The notes under the pieces were generated by a model that saw nothing but the letters and a program-made list of their open reading frames with translations, searched no databases and was not told the DNA's origin. The translations under genes and the position numbers were made by a program. A DNA stretch of 64,000 nucleotides, from assembly GCF_001194135.2 (NCBI RefSeq), contig NC_068998.1, positions 18,774,037-18,838,036 on the forward strand, read 5' to 3'. The stretch comes from Octopus bimaculoides (lineage: Eukaryota). Numbering within the stretch: position 1 is the stretch's first letter; each line of letters opens with the position of its first letter. Positions 35,138-48,550 of this stretch are shown here, piece by piece.

Positions 35138-36403
35138 GTATGTATGTATGTATGTATGTATGTATGTTATCAATCAGTTTCATTTCTGTATTTCTTGTCA
35201 ATAAAGAGCCGGACTCTAACATAGATTCAAGGCTCCTTCATTGGAACTTTTATCAACATCATCTAGGTATTTGTGCATATGTGTGTGTGTGTGTGCAGTA
35301 TTTGGTGTTAGTGTATGCGCAGATTTGTATGTTTGTTTTATGGATGCGTTTTTATGTCTAGATGCATGCATATGTATTTATGTGCTAAATTTTTGGAAAG
35401 TTTTTGTATGTATGTATGTATGTATGTATGTTCTTTTCTGTTTTTAATTATTTAACTTCTTCTCTGAGGAAGGAGCTGGTATCTAACAAAGATACACAGC
35501 GCCATCGTTGGAATGTAGATAACGGAAACAATGTCACATTTTAAGCCTGAGAAAAGTCTTGCATAGTTTTACTTTTCCATTTACAGATTATATTTGTAAT
35601 GTGCGGGTCAGTTGGTTGATTTCTTTTCCTAAAAATCCAAGCTTATATTATATATATANNNNNNNNNNNNNNNNNNNNNNNNNNNNNNNNNNNNNNNNNN
35701 NNNNNNNNNNNNNNNNNNNNNNNNNNNNNNNNNNNNNNNNNNNNNNNNNNNNNNNNNNNNNNNNNNNNNNNNNNNNNNNNNNNNNNNNNNNNNNNNNNNN
35801 NNNNNNNNNNNNNNNNNNNNNNNNNNNNNNNNNNNNNNNNNNNNNNNNNNNNNNNNNNNNNNNNNNNNNNNNNNNNNNNNNNNNNNNNNNNNNNNNNNNN
35901 NNNNNNNNNNNNNNNNNNNNNNNNNNNNNNNNNNNNNNNNNNNNNNNNNNNNNNNNNNNNNNNNNNNNNNNNNNNNNNNNNNNNNNNNNNNNNNNNNNNN
36001 NNNNNNNNNNNNNNNNNNNNNNNNNNNNNNNNNNNNNNNNNNNNNNNNNNNNNNNNNNNNNNNNNNNNNNNNNNNNNNNNNNNNNNNNNNNNNNNNNNNN
36101 NNNNNNNNNNNNNNNNNNNNNNNNNNNNNNNNNNNNNNNNNNNNNNNNNNNNNNNNNNNNNNNNNNNNNNNNNNNNNNNNNNNNNNNNNNNNNNNNNNNN
36201 NNNNNNNNNNNNNNNNNNNNNNNNNNNNNNNNNNNNNNNNNNNNNNNNNNNNNNNNNNNNNNNNNNNNNNNNNNNNNNNNNNNNNNNNNNNNNNNNNNNN
36301 NNNNNNNNNNNNNNNNNNNNNNNNNNNNNNNNNNNNNNNNNNNNNNNNNNNNNNNNNNNNNNNNNNNNNNNNNNNNNNNNNNNNNNNNNNNNNNNNNNNN
36401 NNN

Positions 36404-36447
<44 letters not shown>

Positions 36448-36879
36448 CATGTATGGATGTACGTGTGTGTGTGTGTGTGTGAGCATGAGCATATATATAT
36501 ATATTATAGTGGAGCTATGTCCATGACAGATCACAACGGTTTGACACCTTACGAAATAGATGAAAACTGAATAATAGCAGTTTTTGTGTGTTTAAAGATG
36601 ACCAAAATGGCTCTTCCACGATTTTATTGTTTCGGCCTCAACACGCTTTTAGATTAAGTCACCTTGCAAAAAATTACTGGCAAAGTTTTGAATAGTTGAC
36701 ACAATCCGTTACTCTTTTGTAAATAAAAATTTTGCTCTACTCTTTATAAATATCAGCTGGCTAGCAACGCTGATTTCTAAGAAATTTGACTGGTATTTTC
36801 AAGCCGGTTAGACGTTTATTTAGAGTAGCGTTTCTCACACTGACAAATACCAATCCCACACACGAAAAAAGTATTATTG

Positions 36880-37615
36880 AAACTTTGGCATATCTACGCA
36901 ATTGTGCCCTTTCGACTTTGTTTTCTCATAACTTCCACAAAAACGGGTATTTTTTAATGAAATTTTCTACAAATACGCTTCAGATGGTGTAGATTACGAT
37001 TATATCGGAATTTGTGTTAAAAAAAAAAAAAATCCTGAGTGTGGGTTGAGAAGTTTCGGAAAATTCACACGAATTGACTTTGTTTCATCAAAACTTTCAG
37101 AAAATGGATAATTTTTAATGAAATTTTCTACAAATAATTTTCAAAGTATGTAGATTACTGTTATATCGGAATTTAATAAGAAAGAGAGAACTGGTGAACT
37201 CGTACACATACATACTGACACACATCACGCATATCTTCAAAATGCAACTTGGAATTCCTAAAAAATATCGTGATGCGTGTCAGTATGTCTGTGTACAAGT
37301 CCACCAATTTTGTTTTTCATATTAATTTTCGATACAGTTGTTATTTACACACACCGAAAGGTATTTGTAGGAAATTTCACTAAAAGATACCCATTTTTCT
37401 GAAAGATATGAGAAAACAAACCAGACTTTTGCGAATTTTCCGAAAATCCCCATCCTACCCTCAGAAAAAATTTCTTTCTCATTAAATTGCGATATCATCG
37501 TAATCTGCACCATCTGAAGCGTATTTGTAGAAAATTTCATTAAAAGATATCCATTTCTCTGGAAGTTATGAGAAAACAAATTAAGTGGGGCATGTTTGTG
37601 TAAGTATGCCTAAAC
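36880..37615. repeat. Long imperfect palindrome (foldback-like element) with internal subrepeats
   Basis: AATGAAATTTTCTACAAATA subrepeats at about 36957 and 37117 are mirrored as TATTTGTAG(A/G)AAATTTCA(C/T)T at about 37362 and 37522; inner arms 37192-37230 and 37277-37304 also pair. Confidence 0.72.
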
Positions 37616-38378
37616 GTTTTTAACCCTGCCCCATTTCCCACTCATTTCTATATTAATAAGAAGACAGAGTAAAATTGGCGTCTATATCATACTTATTGGT
37701 CCGCTATTGCGTTAGTACAAAATTAAAAGTTTTAAAACGAGATATACTGTTTAGAAGTACTTTTGTTGACTCCTGTTTTTATTTGCTGTCATGTTGGTTT
37801 CTTTTTCTATTTGCGCATGTGCGTATGTAAATGTGTGTGTGTGTGTGTGTGTACGCGCGCATGTCTATATGTGTGTATGTTTGTGTATATCTGTGTGTGT
37901 ACGAACGAAACGACATTTGAGCGGTTTTCACAGACGATAAGCTATTAGTCTAGAGTCTAGACAATACGTCTATTAGTCTAAATTTATCGACATTCCACAG
38001 CTGAATCAAATACTTAATATTTTAAAACCGGACAGCCCAAACATTATCAGTGAAATAAAGAAACTGTGCAGAAGCCTGTCTGATGGCTGGATTGATACAA
38101 AATGAATCGATGTTTCCCTCGCTCCTCTATCAGACAAATGTCACGGACAATGCTTCTTCTTCCCTTAGTCATTGGCAGCTGGGACACCGCCTTGAAAGAT
38201 TTAGTGGAACAAATCAACCCAGTACTGTGCTGTGTTGTTCTGAGTTAAGGCTCCTTCTCGTCGTGCCGTGTCAATGCTCCTTAATTCGGCACAGCACGAC
38301 GGGAAGAACAATCGGTAAGTTTTAAGTGGGTATGACGAGAAGGAGATTGAATTCCTATATATATGCTGAGATTGAATT

Positions 38379-38443
<65 letters not shown>

Positions 38444-38806
38444 NNNNNNNNNNNNNNNNNNNNNNNNNNNNNNNNNNNNNNNNNNNNNNNNNNNNNNNNN
38501 NNNNNNNNNNNNNNNNNNNNNNNNNNNNNNNNNNNNNNNNNNNNNNNNNNNNNNNNNNNNNNNNNNNNNNNNNNNNNNNNNNNNNNNNNNNNNNNNNNNN
38601 NNNNNNNNNNNNNNNNNNNNNNNNNNNNNNNNNNNNNNNNNNNNNNNNNNNNNNNNNNNNNNNNNNNNNNNNNNNNNNNNNNNNNNNNNNNNNNNNNNNN
38701 NNNNNNNNNNNNNNNNNNNNNNNNNNNNNNNNNNNNNNNNNNNNNNNNNNNNNNNNNNNNNNNNNNNNNNNNNNNNNNNNNNNNNNNNNNNNNNNNNNNN
38801 NNNNNN

Positions 38807-38853
<47 letters not shown>

Positions 38854-39182
38854 AATATGAGGGGTTAGGTTCCAAGATCACAGCTGAAGCTGGACCTAGG
38901 GATCCGTAGTAGGCTTCCTAGTCAGCTGGTATATACTGCGAATTCTCTGTCTGGAACTTTCCTGCATACACACCTTGTCTCTGATTACGGGATACCTAGT
39001 GTACGAGTGTGTTCACCCATTACGCTGGACATCCCAGAAGCTACTGCAAGACATTAATTACGTCTACTTCTCCTTTTTTTGATTCATTTTACTCTAATTA
39101 AATATTCTAGGTGACCTGAGATGCTCGTCCTGCCTTGGTTTTGTCTTCCTTTTCATTTAATATGTATGTATGTATGTATGTA

Positions 39183-39308
39183 CTTTTATTAAAGCTGCAA
39201 AATTTTCACAAAACTTTTACTCAGCGTGTTTCATCCACAACTATCCGACGAACGGGAACATGAATTCTAAGTAACAGTTTCGGGAAAATTCTACAGCTTT
39301 AATAAAAG
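39183..39308. mobile_element. Small MITE
   Basis: TIRs CTTTTATTAAAGCTG and CAGCTTTAATAAAAG. Confidence 0.6.
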
Positions 39309-40336
39309 CATATTGTGAGTGGATTTTGGTAGACGGAATCTGAAGCCCGTCATAAAAGAAGACGAAACGAATACTATTCTTTTAGTCATTTGACTACGGC
39401 CAGGACATATTCTTTGTAAGCTTAGTACTTATTCTATCGGTCTCTGTTACCGAATCGCTACGTTACGGGGACGTAAAGACACCAACATCGGTTGTGAAGC
39501 GATGGTGATGGGACAAACACACACATATATGGTGGGCTTCAGATTCCGTCTACCAAATCCACTCACAAGGCTTTGGTCGGCCCGCGGCTATAGTAGAAGA
39601 CACTTGCCCAAAGTGCCACGCAGCGGGACTGAACCCAGAACCATGTGGTTGGTAAGTAAGCTACTCACCACGCAGCCACTGTCACGTGGACAAAAAATTT
39701 CTAGTTCGTTCGTTCTATTTTAAAGAAAAATCTTTCCACTGCACTTCCATTGTTTGCCTCGGTTTATATGAATCAGTGAGTTATTATTTCCACTTCATAT
39801 CCGCAACGAATTTGATAGACCATTCAATGTCCCGCTAATTTTGTATGTCAGGCCCTGTGAGAAGCTTCTCAAATCACTCCATATCTGGACATCAGGAACT
39901 ATGACAATCTATCGACGTAGTCTGAAAAGTCTATCGGGGTCAGTTCGGTTCGATCCACTTTTCAAATAGTTCCGGAAACAGCTGTTGCTCAGTGTCGCGT
40001 AGAGAGTCCCCTACCACGTCACTGTCTGACAACACTGACTTTCTATGTCTCTATGGCAACGGAGCTTGACCGGTGTAACTTGGTGCAGCGATAGTTGAAT
40101 ATGATATAGGAAGGAATAACTCAGTGATATAATATGGAGGTCTACGTTAGTCATATGATACAGATGGTGTACATTTGTCATATGACGTAGCAGAGTAATG
40201 CAGTCATATAATACAGGAGGAACTTGTTTGTGTGATATGAACGGGTAGTTCGGTTATAGGATAATAGAGATGAGGGTACCTCAGCCATAAAACATGGAGA
40301 ACCGTGTGTGTGTGTGAGTGAGTGAGTGAGTAAGTA

Positions 40337-40370
<34 letters not shown>

Positions 40371-40837
40371 TAACGGCATTTTTTCCGGCTCTTTACGTTC
40401 TGAGTTCAATTCACGGTGAAATTGATTTTGTCTTTCATCTTCCTCGGGGGTCGATAAAATATGTACCAATTGAGTATCAGGATCGATATAATCGACTTAG
40501 CTCTCACGCCAAAAAATGCTCGCCTTGTGCCAGTAGTTTAGTTAAAGGTTGTGAAGTTTTCAACTTGTTNNNNNNNNNNNNNNNNNNNNNNNNNNNNNNN
40601 NNNNNNNNNNNNNNNNNNNNNNNNNNNNNNNNNNNNNNNNNNNNNNNNNNNNNNNNNNNNNNNNNNNNNNNNNNNNNNNNNNNNNNNNNNNNNNNNNNNN
40701 NNNNNNNNNNNNNNNNNNNNNNNNNNNNNNNNNNNNNNNNNNNNNNNNNNNNNNNNNNNNNNNNNNNNNNNNNNNNNNNNNNNNNNNNNNNNNNNNNNNN
40801 NNNNNNNNNNNNTATATATATATATATATATATATAA

Positions 40838-41235
40838 TCAGGCTGAGTAAAAAGTAAGCAACGTTTTGAAACATGTAATTCATCACACAGTTATAGTGGA
40901 TGAGTCCAGCAGTACACCATGAAACGGTCCCCCATAACGTTCTTTTTGAAGAGCTCGAGTTTAGGGAAGGTTTTCGGTGATTCATTTTGGTCCAACCACT
41001 GTGAAGAAGGTTTTTTTTTTTATCATTATACAGAATCCACTTTTCATCGCAAGTTACAATACGGTCGAGAAATGGATCGGTTTGATAACAAAGAAGCGAC
41101 GAGCAAATTTTATATCTGCGCATTTTCTGATTTTCATTAAAATCGTGTGATACCCAATTGTCGAGCTTTCTTGATTTTCCGATCGCATGCAAAATGGTTG
41201 CAGGCAGTTTTCTGGTTAACTTGAAGTTCTTTACC
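40838..41235 (-). mobile_element. Mariner (DD34D-type) transposase remnant
   Basis: Minus strand GKSRKLDNWVSHDFNENQKMRRYKICSSLL...FLDRIVTCDEKWILYN matches the WVPHEL and D(DEKW) motifs. Confidence 0.85.
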
Positions 41236-41449
41236 ACAACGCCCAACTGTACCTCTTGTAAAAATAGAGAACAACACAGAAGATACCACCGGGCACAATA
41301 ATTATCATATCATACAACCCCACAACACCACCCTCAACTCCTCAACAAATACTAATCTTAATGCCAGTAATAATAACGAACATAACACCGCTTCCTCACT
41401 AAATAGCAATCCCCTCACAAGTTCATCCGGAACACCCTCTACAAACCTA

Positions 41450-41863
41450 TGCAATTGTAGACGCCCAACCTCCTGTCCTTTAGATAACCGCTGTTTCACA
41501 AAAAACATCGTTTATAAGTGTACAGTATCAACTGCCAACTGTAACTACATATATATTGGCTCATGCAACACCACTTTCAAAGCTAGAGTGAGCAACCACT
41601 ACTCCAGTTTCAAGTCCCAAACAAAATTCAACAGTACATCGTTGTCTCAACTATTCAATAAACTAAAGTTTGATTCAACTCCTTACACTCGCAAGTGGTC
41701 CGTACTCACCCAGGGCAAGCTATGCAGCTATAATAACAAGTGTGATCTCTGCATAGCCGAGATCTTGGCTAATTTGCAATCCACAGATTGTCTTAATGAG
41801 CGCAGCAGTATAATTTTTACCTGCAAACATCAGTCACTAAATCTATTCTCAAAATACAAATAA
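41450..41863 (+). mobile_element. PLE GIY-YIG endonuclease fragment (CNC..CP..C zinc-knuckle type, Neptune/Naiad-like)
   Basis: Open frame CNCRRPTSCPLDNRCFTKNIVYKCTV...YIGSCNTTFKARVSNHYSSF...LS..F..LK...KW..L...CDLCIAE...LNERS....CKH. Confidence 0.8.
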
Positions 41864-43055
41864 CAACAACCCCACCCCGATTTCCCCCCAACCTTCATAA
41901 ATTTTCCCTCTTATCTACCCTCACCACCACTATATATTAGACCAAAACTATATCTTCCCTTTAATTCCTGATTTACATACTTCTCTCTGTATTTTTCCTT
42001 ACCATTAAAAAATTATTTTCTCTTATTTCACCTGCCTCCCCTCCTACCCCCTTCTTTCGTAAACTTACCAATACTTACACCGGCATACACCTCTACTACT
42101 TCATAATGCAAACAATATACATTCCTCAATTGAAAACCAGTGGTAGCCACCACGATTCTTCCCCATTCTTTCTTGCTTTCCTTCAAGCATATATATTTTT
42201 CTCCCCTTAGACCAAAAACATTTCCCCACCCTTTCCACTCACCCCCCACATTATTTTTTTCTGTGGTTCGACCAAACCAGCCCTATTGAATACGACCAGT
42301 CAAATGACCGTGCTTAAATTCCTCATTCTATCTTGCTTTCTTCATGCACCCCCCCTTGATCAAAAATATTTCCCCACCCTCTTCCCTCCACATTATATTC
42401 TTTTCAAATACCACTCCCCTTGCTAATTTCTGTAATGTGTGAGTGTGTGTATGATGGTGTGTGGCTTGTGGGTCTGCGGATGATGGTGTGGTGTGGGTGC
42501 TGGGGGTGGTCAGTGCTAGTGTGTGTGGAGTGGTGTGATTGTGGGGTGGTGCAGGGTGAGGCGTAGGAGTGTGAGGTTGGAGCACATACATACGTACACA
42601 TGTACACACACACACACACACACGCACACACACGCACACACACACACACGCACACACACACGCGCGCATAATGAATGAAGGATACGGAAAATGGCGTTTG
42701 CAACAATCTTTATTCAACAAAACAATTGTTTCGACCCATCCTGCAATCCTGCATTTGTCCCTTGCAGGTGGGATACTGGGTTGTGTTAGATCCTCCAGTG
42801 CAGAATGCATCTCATCGGGTGTCTTATCTTAAACACAACCTGCTGTCCAGTATGATCTGATAAGCTTGTCCTGCCTTGGTTTTGTTTTCTTCTTCCTTTA
42901 ATTTATACCCGCCGACTCAGAAATAGGCTACAAATCCCCAACTCCTGTCTCCGTTCTGAACTTGGATCCTAGTCGCTCATCAATTGGAGCACTCATACAG
43001 CGTACCTATTAGTTTAGATCATCAGGGGCCTAGACCCTTCTTATTCTATGTGCGT

Positions 43056-43095
<40 letters not shown>

Positions 43096-43709
43096 CCACA
43101 GTTTGATAACTGGTGTTGGTGTGTTTACATCTCCGTAAGTTAGCAGTTCAGCAAAAGAGAACGATAAGATAAGTAACGGACTAAAAAAAAAAAGGACAAT
43201 TGTTGAACTGATCGAGGTCGTGCCCCAGCATGGCCGCAGTCTAATGACTAAAATAAGTAAAAAAAAAAAATAAAAGATTATAAACATTGTATATGGAAGC
43301 CACATTTTGAGTCAGATAATGGTTGATGAGAAGTGAAACGGTTGCATGGGAACAAAAATGTTGAAACGCATTGCTGTAACAACTTCACTAATTCATCCCG
43401 GAAGGTAAAGTTGACCTGGACGGGATTTTAACTAAAAGCGCATTTAGCTGGAACAAACACATTCTATCCGACATACTAACAACTCGGTCAATACACCACC
43501 TTCCGTCTCTACTAAATGCTTCTCCCTGCGCGGGCGAGCGAGCGTACACGTGCAGGAATGAATAAAACACTTATGACTTGAGCTGTAATAACAGACACCC
43601 TCTCTCATCGTCTAAAAGACCCAGAAGCATATTAGATGTGTCCCAATTTCAGCAGCCTGTACTCAGGAGGAAAAGTTTTTAGTGCACTAAGACATGTAAT
43701 ATGTAATAG

Positions 43710-43960
43710 GTGCGTGGCTTAGTGGTTAGAGTATTCGACTCACGATCGTAATATCGTAAGTTCGATTCCCGCCGGCGCATTGTGTCCTCGAGCAAGACAC
43801 TTTATTTCACGTTGCTCCCGTCCATTCAGCTGACAAAACTGAGAAGTACCTGTGTTTCTAAGTCCAGCCATGTCACATTTTGTTTTCATGCTGAAACATC
43901 CTGAGAACTACGTTAAGGGTACGCGATCTGTGGAGTGCTCAGCCATTTGCTCGTTAATAT
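43710..43960 (+). mobile_element. Older SINE related to family A
   Basis: tRNA-like head GGCTTAGTGGTTAG...GTTCGATTCC and the shared segment GAGAACTACGTTAAGGGTAC..TGTGGAGTGCTCAGCCA. Related remnants near 14570-14760 and 58430-58530. Confidence 0.65.
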
Positions 43961-45174
43961 CAGCTAAGCGAAACTTTGGGAAAATAATGAACCGATTATA
44001 ATGCATGCACTGACTGTGGTTAAGAAGGAAAATAAGTACTGAGGTCGACTAAACCCTTCAAGGAGGATGTCCTAGCATGGCTTACATTCCAATAACTGAA
44101 ACAAGGATAAAAGAAAGATTGGTAGCAGTCTCCGTATGTGTCAATATGGAACATCAATAGCGATGAACTTTATCTTGTGAAATTTCTGTCGCCTGATAAA
44201 CTGAAACCTATTGCTGAAGAAGTCCTTAAGAAGCCACATGAATAAAATTGTTTAAGCGTTGAGAGCAAAGCATTAATTCAAGTTGCATATCTAGGAATCT
44301 GTAAAATAATTCGACAGCAGGCATGGCTGTGTGATAAGAAGCTTGCTTCCCTACTACTTGGTTCCAGGTTCAATCCCACTGCGTGGCACCTTGGGCAAAT
44401 GTCTTCCACTATGGACAACATCAGTGGCTTGGAGAGCGGATGCTGGTATGCAAGGGGCGACTGCTGGTCTTCCATAAACAACCTTGCTGGGACTTGTGCC
44501 TCGAAGGGTAACTTTCTAGATGCAATCCCATGGTTATTCATGACCGAAGGGGGTCTTTACCCTTATGCTTTCTATAGTTTTATAGAATTTCCTCTTTCAA
44601 CTATCGCTGGAAAATAATGAAGTTATGGGAACAGCTAGAAAGCATTATTAAAACTATTTTTCGAATTTTACAAATCGTTTAAATTATTTAGGTAATAAAA
44701 AAAAAATCCCTTAAATAATGAGGGAAAAGAATTATCTCCCTTAGACGTGTTACAGTGGATTTTTGTTTTTGTTTTTTAACTTGGGCGGGAGCGCTCCACT
44801 TTGTGGGAGTTCAGAAAGCGGTAGCANNNNNNNNNNNNNNNNNNNNNNNNNNNNNNNNNNNNNNNNNNNNNNNNNNNNNNNNNNNNNNNNNNNNNNNNNN
44901 NNNNNNNNNNNNNNNNNNNNNNNNNNNNNNNNNNNNNNNNNNNNNNNNNNNNNNNNNNNNNNNNNNNNNNNNNNNNNNNNNNNNNNNNNNNNNNNNNNNN
45001 NNNNNNNNNNNNNNNNNNNNNNNNNNNNNNNNNNNNNNNNNNNNNNNNNNNNNACCCAAGTACATATTATTACTTTTTGTTTGTAAGGTCTAATAGTTAT
45101 TCTATCGTTTTCTTTTACTGAACCGCTAGTTAACGGGGACGTAAATACACCAAGACCTGTTGTGAAGCGGTGGT

Positions 45175-45225
<51 letters not shown>

Positions 45226-48180
45226 TCGACGGACTTCTTCAGTTTCCATTTACCAAATCCACCCACAAGGTTTTGGTCAACCCGAAGCTATAGTAGAAGA
45301 CAATTGCCCAAGGTGTCATGCAATGGGATTGAACTCAGATTCATGTGGTTGGGAAGCAAACATCTTACCACACAGCTACGCCTTACCTTCTTTTAAATTC
45401 TAGTAATGTCCTTAAAAATTTAACAAGAATGTGATAAGTCACTACATGAAATTAGCTTATTTATTTATTTATTTGTTTGTTTGCTGGTTTGTTCATTTTT
45501 TAAAATGAAACATGCAAAGGGAACATTTGCAAAACGCTATTCGGTGAAAGTTGGCTGTGATACAATGTGATGCAATTCAGTTAGGTCACCATGAATGTGT
45601 ACTTGTATGTATGTGTGTGTGTATGTGCTTGGGTGTATGTAGTGCTTGTGTGTATGTGTGTGTGTGAGAGAGAAATAGAGAGATAGAAAGGGAGAGAGAG
45701 AGAGAGAGATAGAGAGAGCGAGAGACTGTGTGTAATGCTCTTATTAATGCGAATCGTTTAATGAAATTTTGCTGAGACACGTTTTCAAGGGTGTAGTTTA
45801 CAATAATGTTGATAACATTTTTGTAAATTATTAATCAAAAACAAAAAGATTCCATATCGTTTTAATCATTCATTATCTTGCTTACGATCGCTTCACAATA
45901 TAAAAAATAACTATGACAAGATCCTGATTGAAGTTATTGCTCATCGATTAAAGATATTAGTCAATGACTAATATAACCGTCATATGTTTACGGCTGATGA
46001 AGACAGAATAATACCAAAACATGTTTAAAGTTGTCTTTCTTTCCTACCGAGACAATAAAAACCATATAGTCATTGATTAATATTGTGTTTTCCTTCGCAT
46101 CACAGCACAATTATTTCTAATTAGTTTTAAACGTGTGAAAACTAACTTGTATCTTTTCTGAACATCTCCCTTTCATGTATGAAACTGTGCCGTAACTACT
46201 GTTGTACATTCTTTCTCTCCTCTCTGAATCTCGTGACAGTCGTCTGCATCAACTTTTCGTTATGCTTTATTCTACAAGTTCTTTATTTCATTGTGTAACT
46301 CCCAGAACAAACAATGATTTCCAAGCTACATACAAAAGCAATACTTTTTTTTTTTTATCACATATTGGTAGGGTACTAACACTCGTTTTATCCTTCACTT
46401 GAGTGATAAAAATGAACAAACGTTCTTCAGTGGTGTTTGAATTTAAAGATACGAAGCCTACAGCGACGAAAAGAAATACTTTAATGTACTGATTCCAAAT
46501 TTTACTGCAATCTTTACCGCACACCACTAATACGAAGGAGACGTGACTTCTAGGAATAGCAGTCACGTATCCTTCATATCAAACTCTAACCTTTTAAAAA
46601 TAGGAAGAACATACTAGATATTATCTGACAAAAAACTATGTAAGAAAAAATATAGGATGGTCATGTCTAGAACGATTTAGAGAATAGGTCTGCTCGTTCA
46701 NNNNNNNNNNNNNNNNNNNNNNNNNNNNNNNNNNNNNNNNNNNNNNNNNNNNNNNNNNNNNNNNNNNNNNNNNNNNNNNNNNNNNNNNNNNNNNNNNNNN
46801 NNNNNNNNNNNNNNNNNNNNNNNNNNNNNNNNNNNNNNNNNNNNNNNNNNNNNNNNNNNNNNNNNNNNNNNNNNNNNNNNNNNNNNNNNNNNNNNNNNNN
46901 NNNNNNNNNAAATATAGGATGGTCATGTCTAGAACGATTTAGAGAATAGGTCTGCTCGTTCAGGGTTCACCTGAAGCCTTCAAGAGCCTTTCTTATAACT
47001 CGAATACCTTCTCGATACTTTGAACTCTCCCCCACCCCGACTTTGAAGACCTCTCTCGTACTTTGACGCCCTTCTTCATACTTTGACAGCGTTTTTTCAT
47101 ACTTAGAAAATCTACTCATTCTCTGAGTACCTTCGTATTTCGAAGACACTCTGGTTGGTTTTTCTATGTCAAACATATACATCTATGGGTTCTAAGCTTT
47201 ATTATCTCTTTCTCAAAATCTAGCTCATATCCCCCTACAGTTAGCTGACTTTAGAGACGAAATGGTCAAGTGGACAAGGTGATAGTCTACTGGTCTATGT
47301 ATGTCTCGTGAGTTCAAATCTAGTGCAGATGTTTTTGTTTTACAGTCGTTCATTATATTTCTATAAAGGACATTGTACTATTAAATAGTCTCATTGTCCA
47401 TCTCATTGTGACATGGGCAGTGAATAATGTGGCTTTTTCTGGAAATTTACTTGGGAAATTTGTTCTTCTTTTAAAGTTGCCCTTGTCCTCGTCCTTAGAT
47501 GCTTGTCATTTCTTATACACTTATCTATGTTTAAAGATATATCTTTTTTAAAAAAGTGAACAGGAGTGGCTCTGTGGTAAGTAGCTTGCTTACCAACCAC
47601 ATAGTTCTGGGTTCAGNNNNNNNNNNGTGTGTGTGTATGTGTGTGTGTGTGTGTGTGTGTGTTTGTGACCATGCAGTGTGCATGTATATAGTGTATATAT
47701 GCGGGTGAAATCTATCTGTCTATGCATGTTGCGTGTATTAATGCGTGTTGCGTGTGTATGTATATATATATATAGCCTGTTTTTAGGCATTATGTGCTTG
47801 TGTGGGTGTGGGTGTATATATTGTCTGTGTTCAGGTAATATGTGCTTGTGTGGGTGTGGGTGTATGTACGATGGTGTGCGGTGTGTGCAGTGAGCTAAAT
47901 AGTGTGTGTGGCCACTCATACAGTGGTATGCGTGGTGACGCTATTGAAGATTGTGTGTGTGTGGATGATGGAGTGTGGTGTTATTTAGTTATCTGGTGCA
48001 CAGATATTGCTTTGAGCTGGGTGGGGACTCTAAACACCCTTGTTCGAAAATATAAGGACGCAGCTGAAGACGATGTTTCCTGGGGCTAAATAGCATTAAC
48101 ATTCGTCCTAATCAGGACTGCCACATTATGTTGGCAAATAACCTTTCTCTCTCTCTCTTTCTTTGTATGTATGTATGCAT

Positions 48181-48550
48181 GTGTGTGGCTGTGTGGTAAG
48201 TAGCTTGCTTACCAACCACATGGTTCCGGGTTCACTCGAACTGCGTGGCACCTTGGGCAAGTGTCTTCTACTATAGCCTCGGGCCGACCAAAGCCTTGTG
48301 AGTGAATTTGGTAGACAAAAACTGAAAGAAGCCCGTCGTATATATATATATATATATATGCGTGTGTCCCCCCAACATCACTTGACAACCGATGGTGGTG
48401 TGTTTAGGTCCCCGTAACTTAGCGGTTCGGCAAAAGAGACCGATAGAATAAGTACTAAGCATCCAAGGAATAAGTCCTGGGGTCGATTTGCTCGACTGTA
48501 GGCGGTGCTCCAGTATGGCCGCAGTCAAATGACTGAAACAAGTAAAAGAG
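48181..48550 (+). mobile_element. SINE family C, full length
   Basis: Same head and tail as 33296-33668. Other copies or halves near 6425-6640, 9255-9690, 13905-14050, 16270-16622, 24130-24300, 39378-39680, 43040-43260, 44325-44410, 45110-45380 and 55950-56232. Confidence 0.88.

Noticed and set aside
42720-42825. Minus-strand CCGATGA...GAAACAATTGTT as a hammerhead with an extended stem II
   Set aside because: Stem I and stem II do not pair convincingly, although the region may be a PLE-related end.
45990-46025. CTGATGA followed by AAAACATG as another hammerhead
   Set aside because: No GAAA, no convincing stem II or stem I; at most a badly decayed relic.
46630-46961. Direct duplication of about 50 bp around the N gap
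   Set aside because: Same assembly-overlap artefact pattern.
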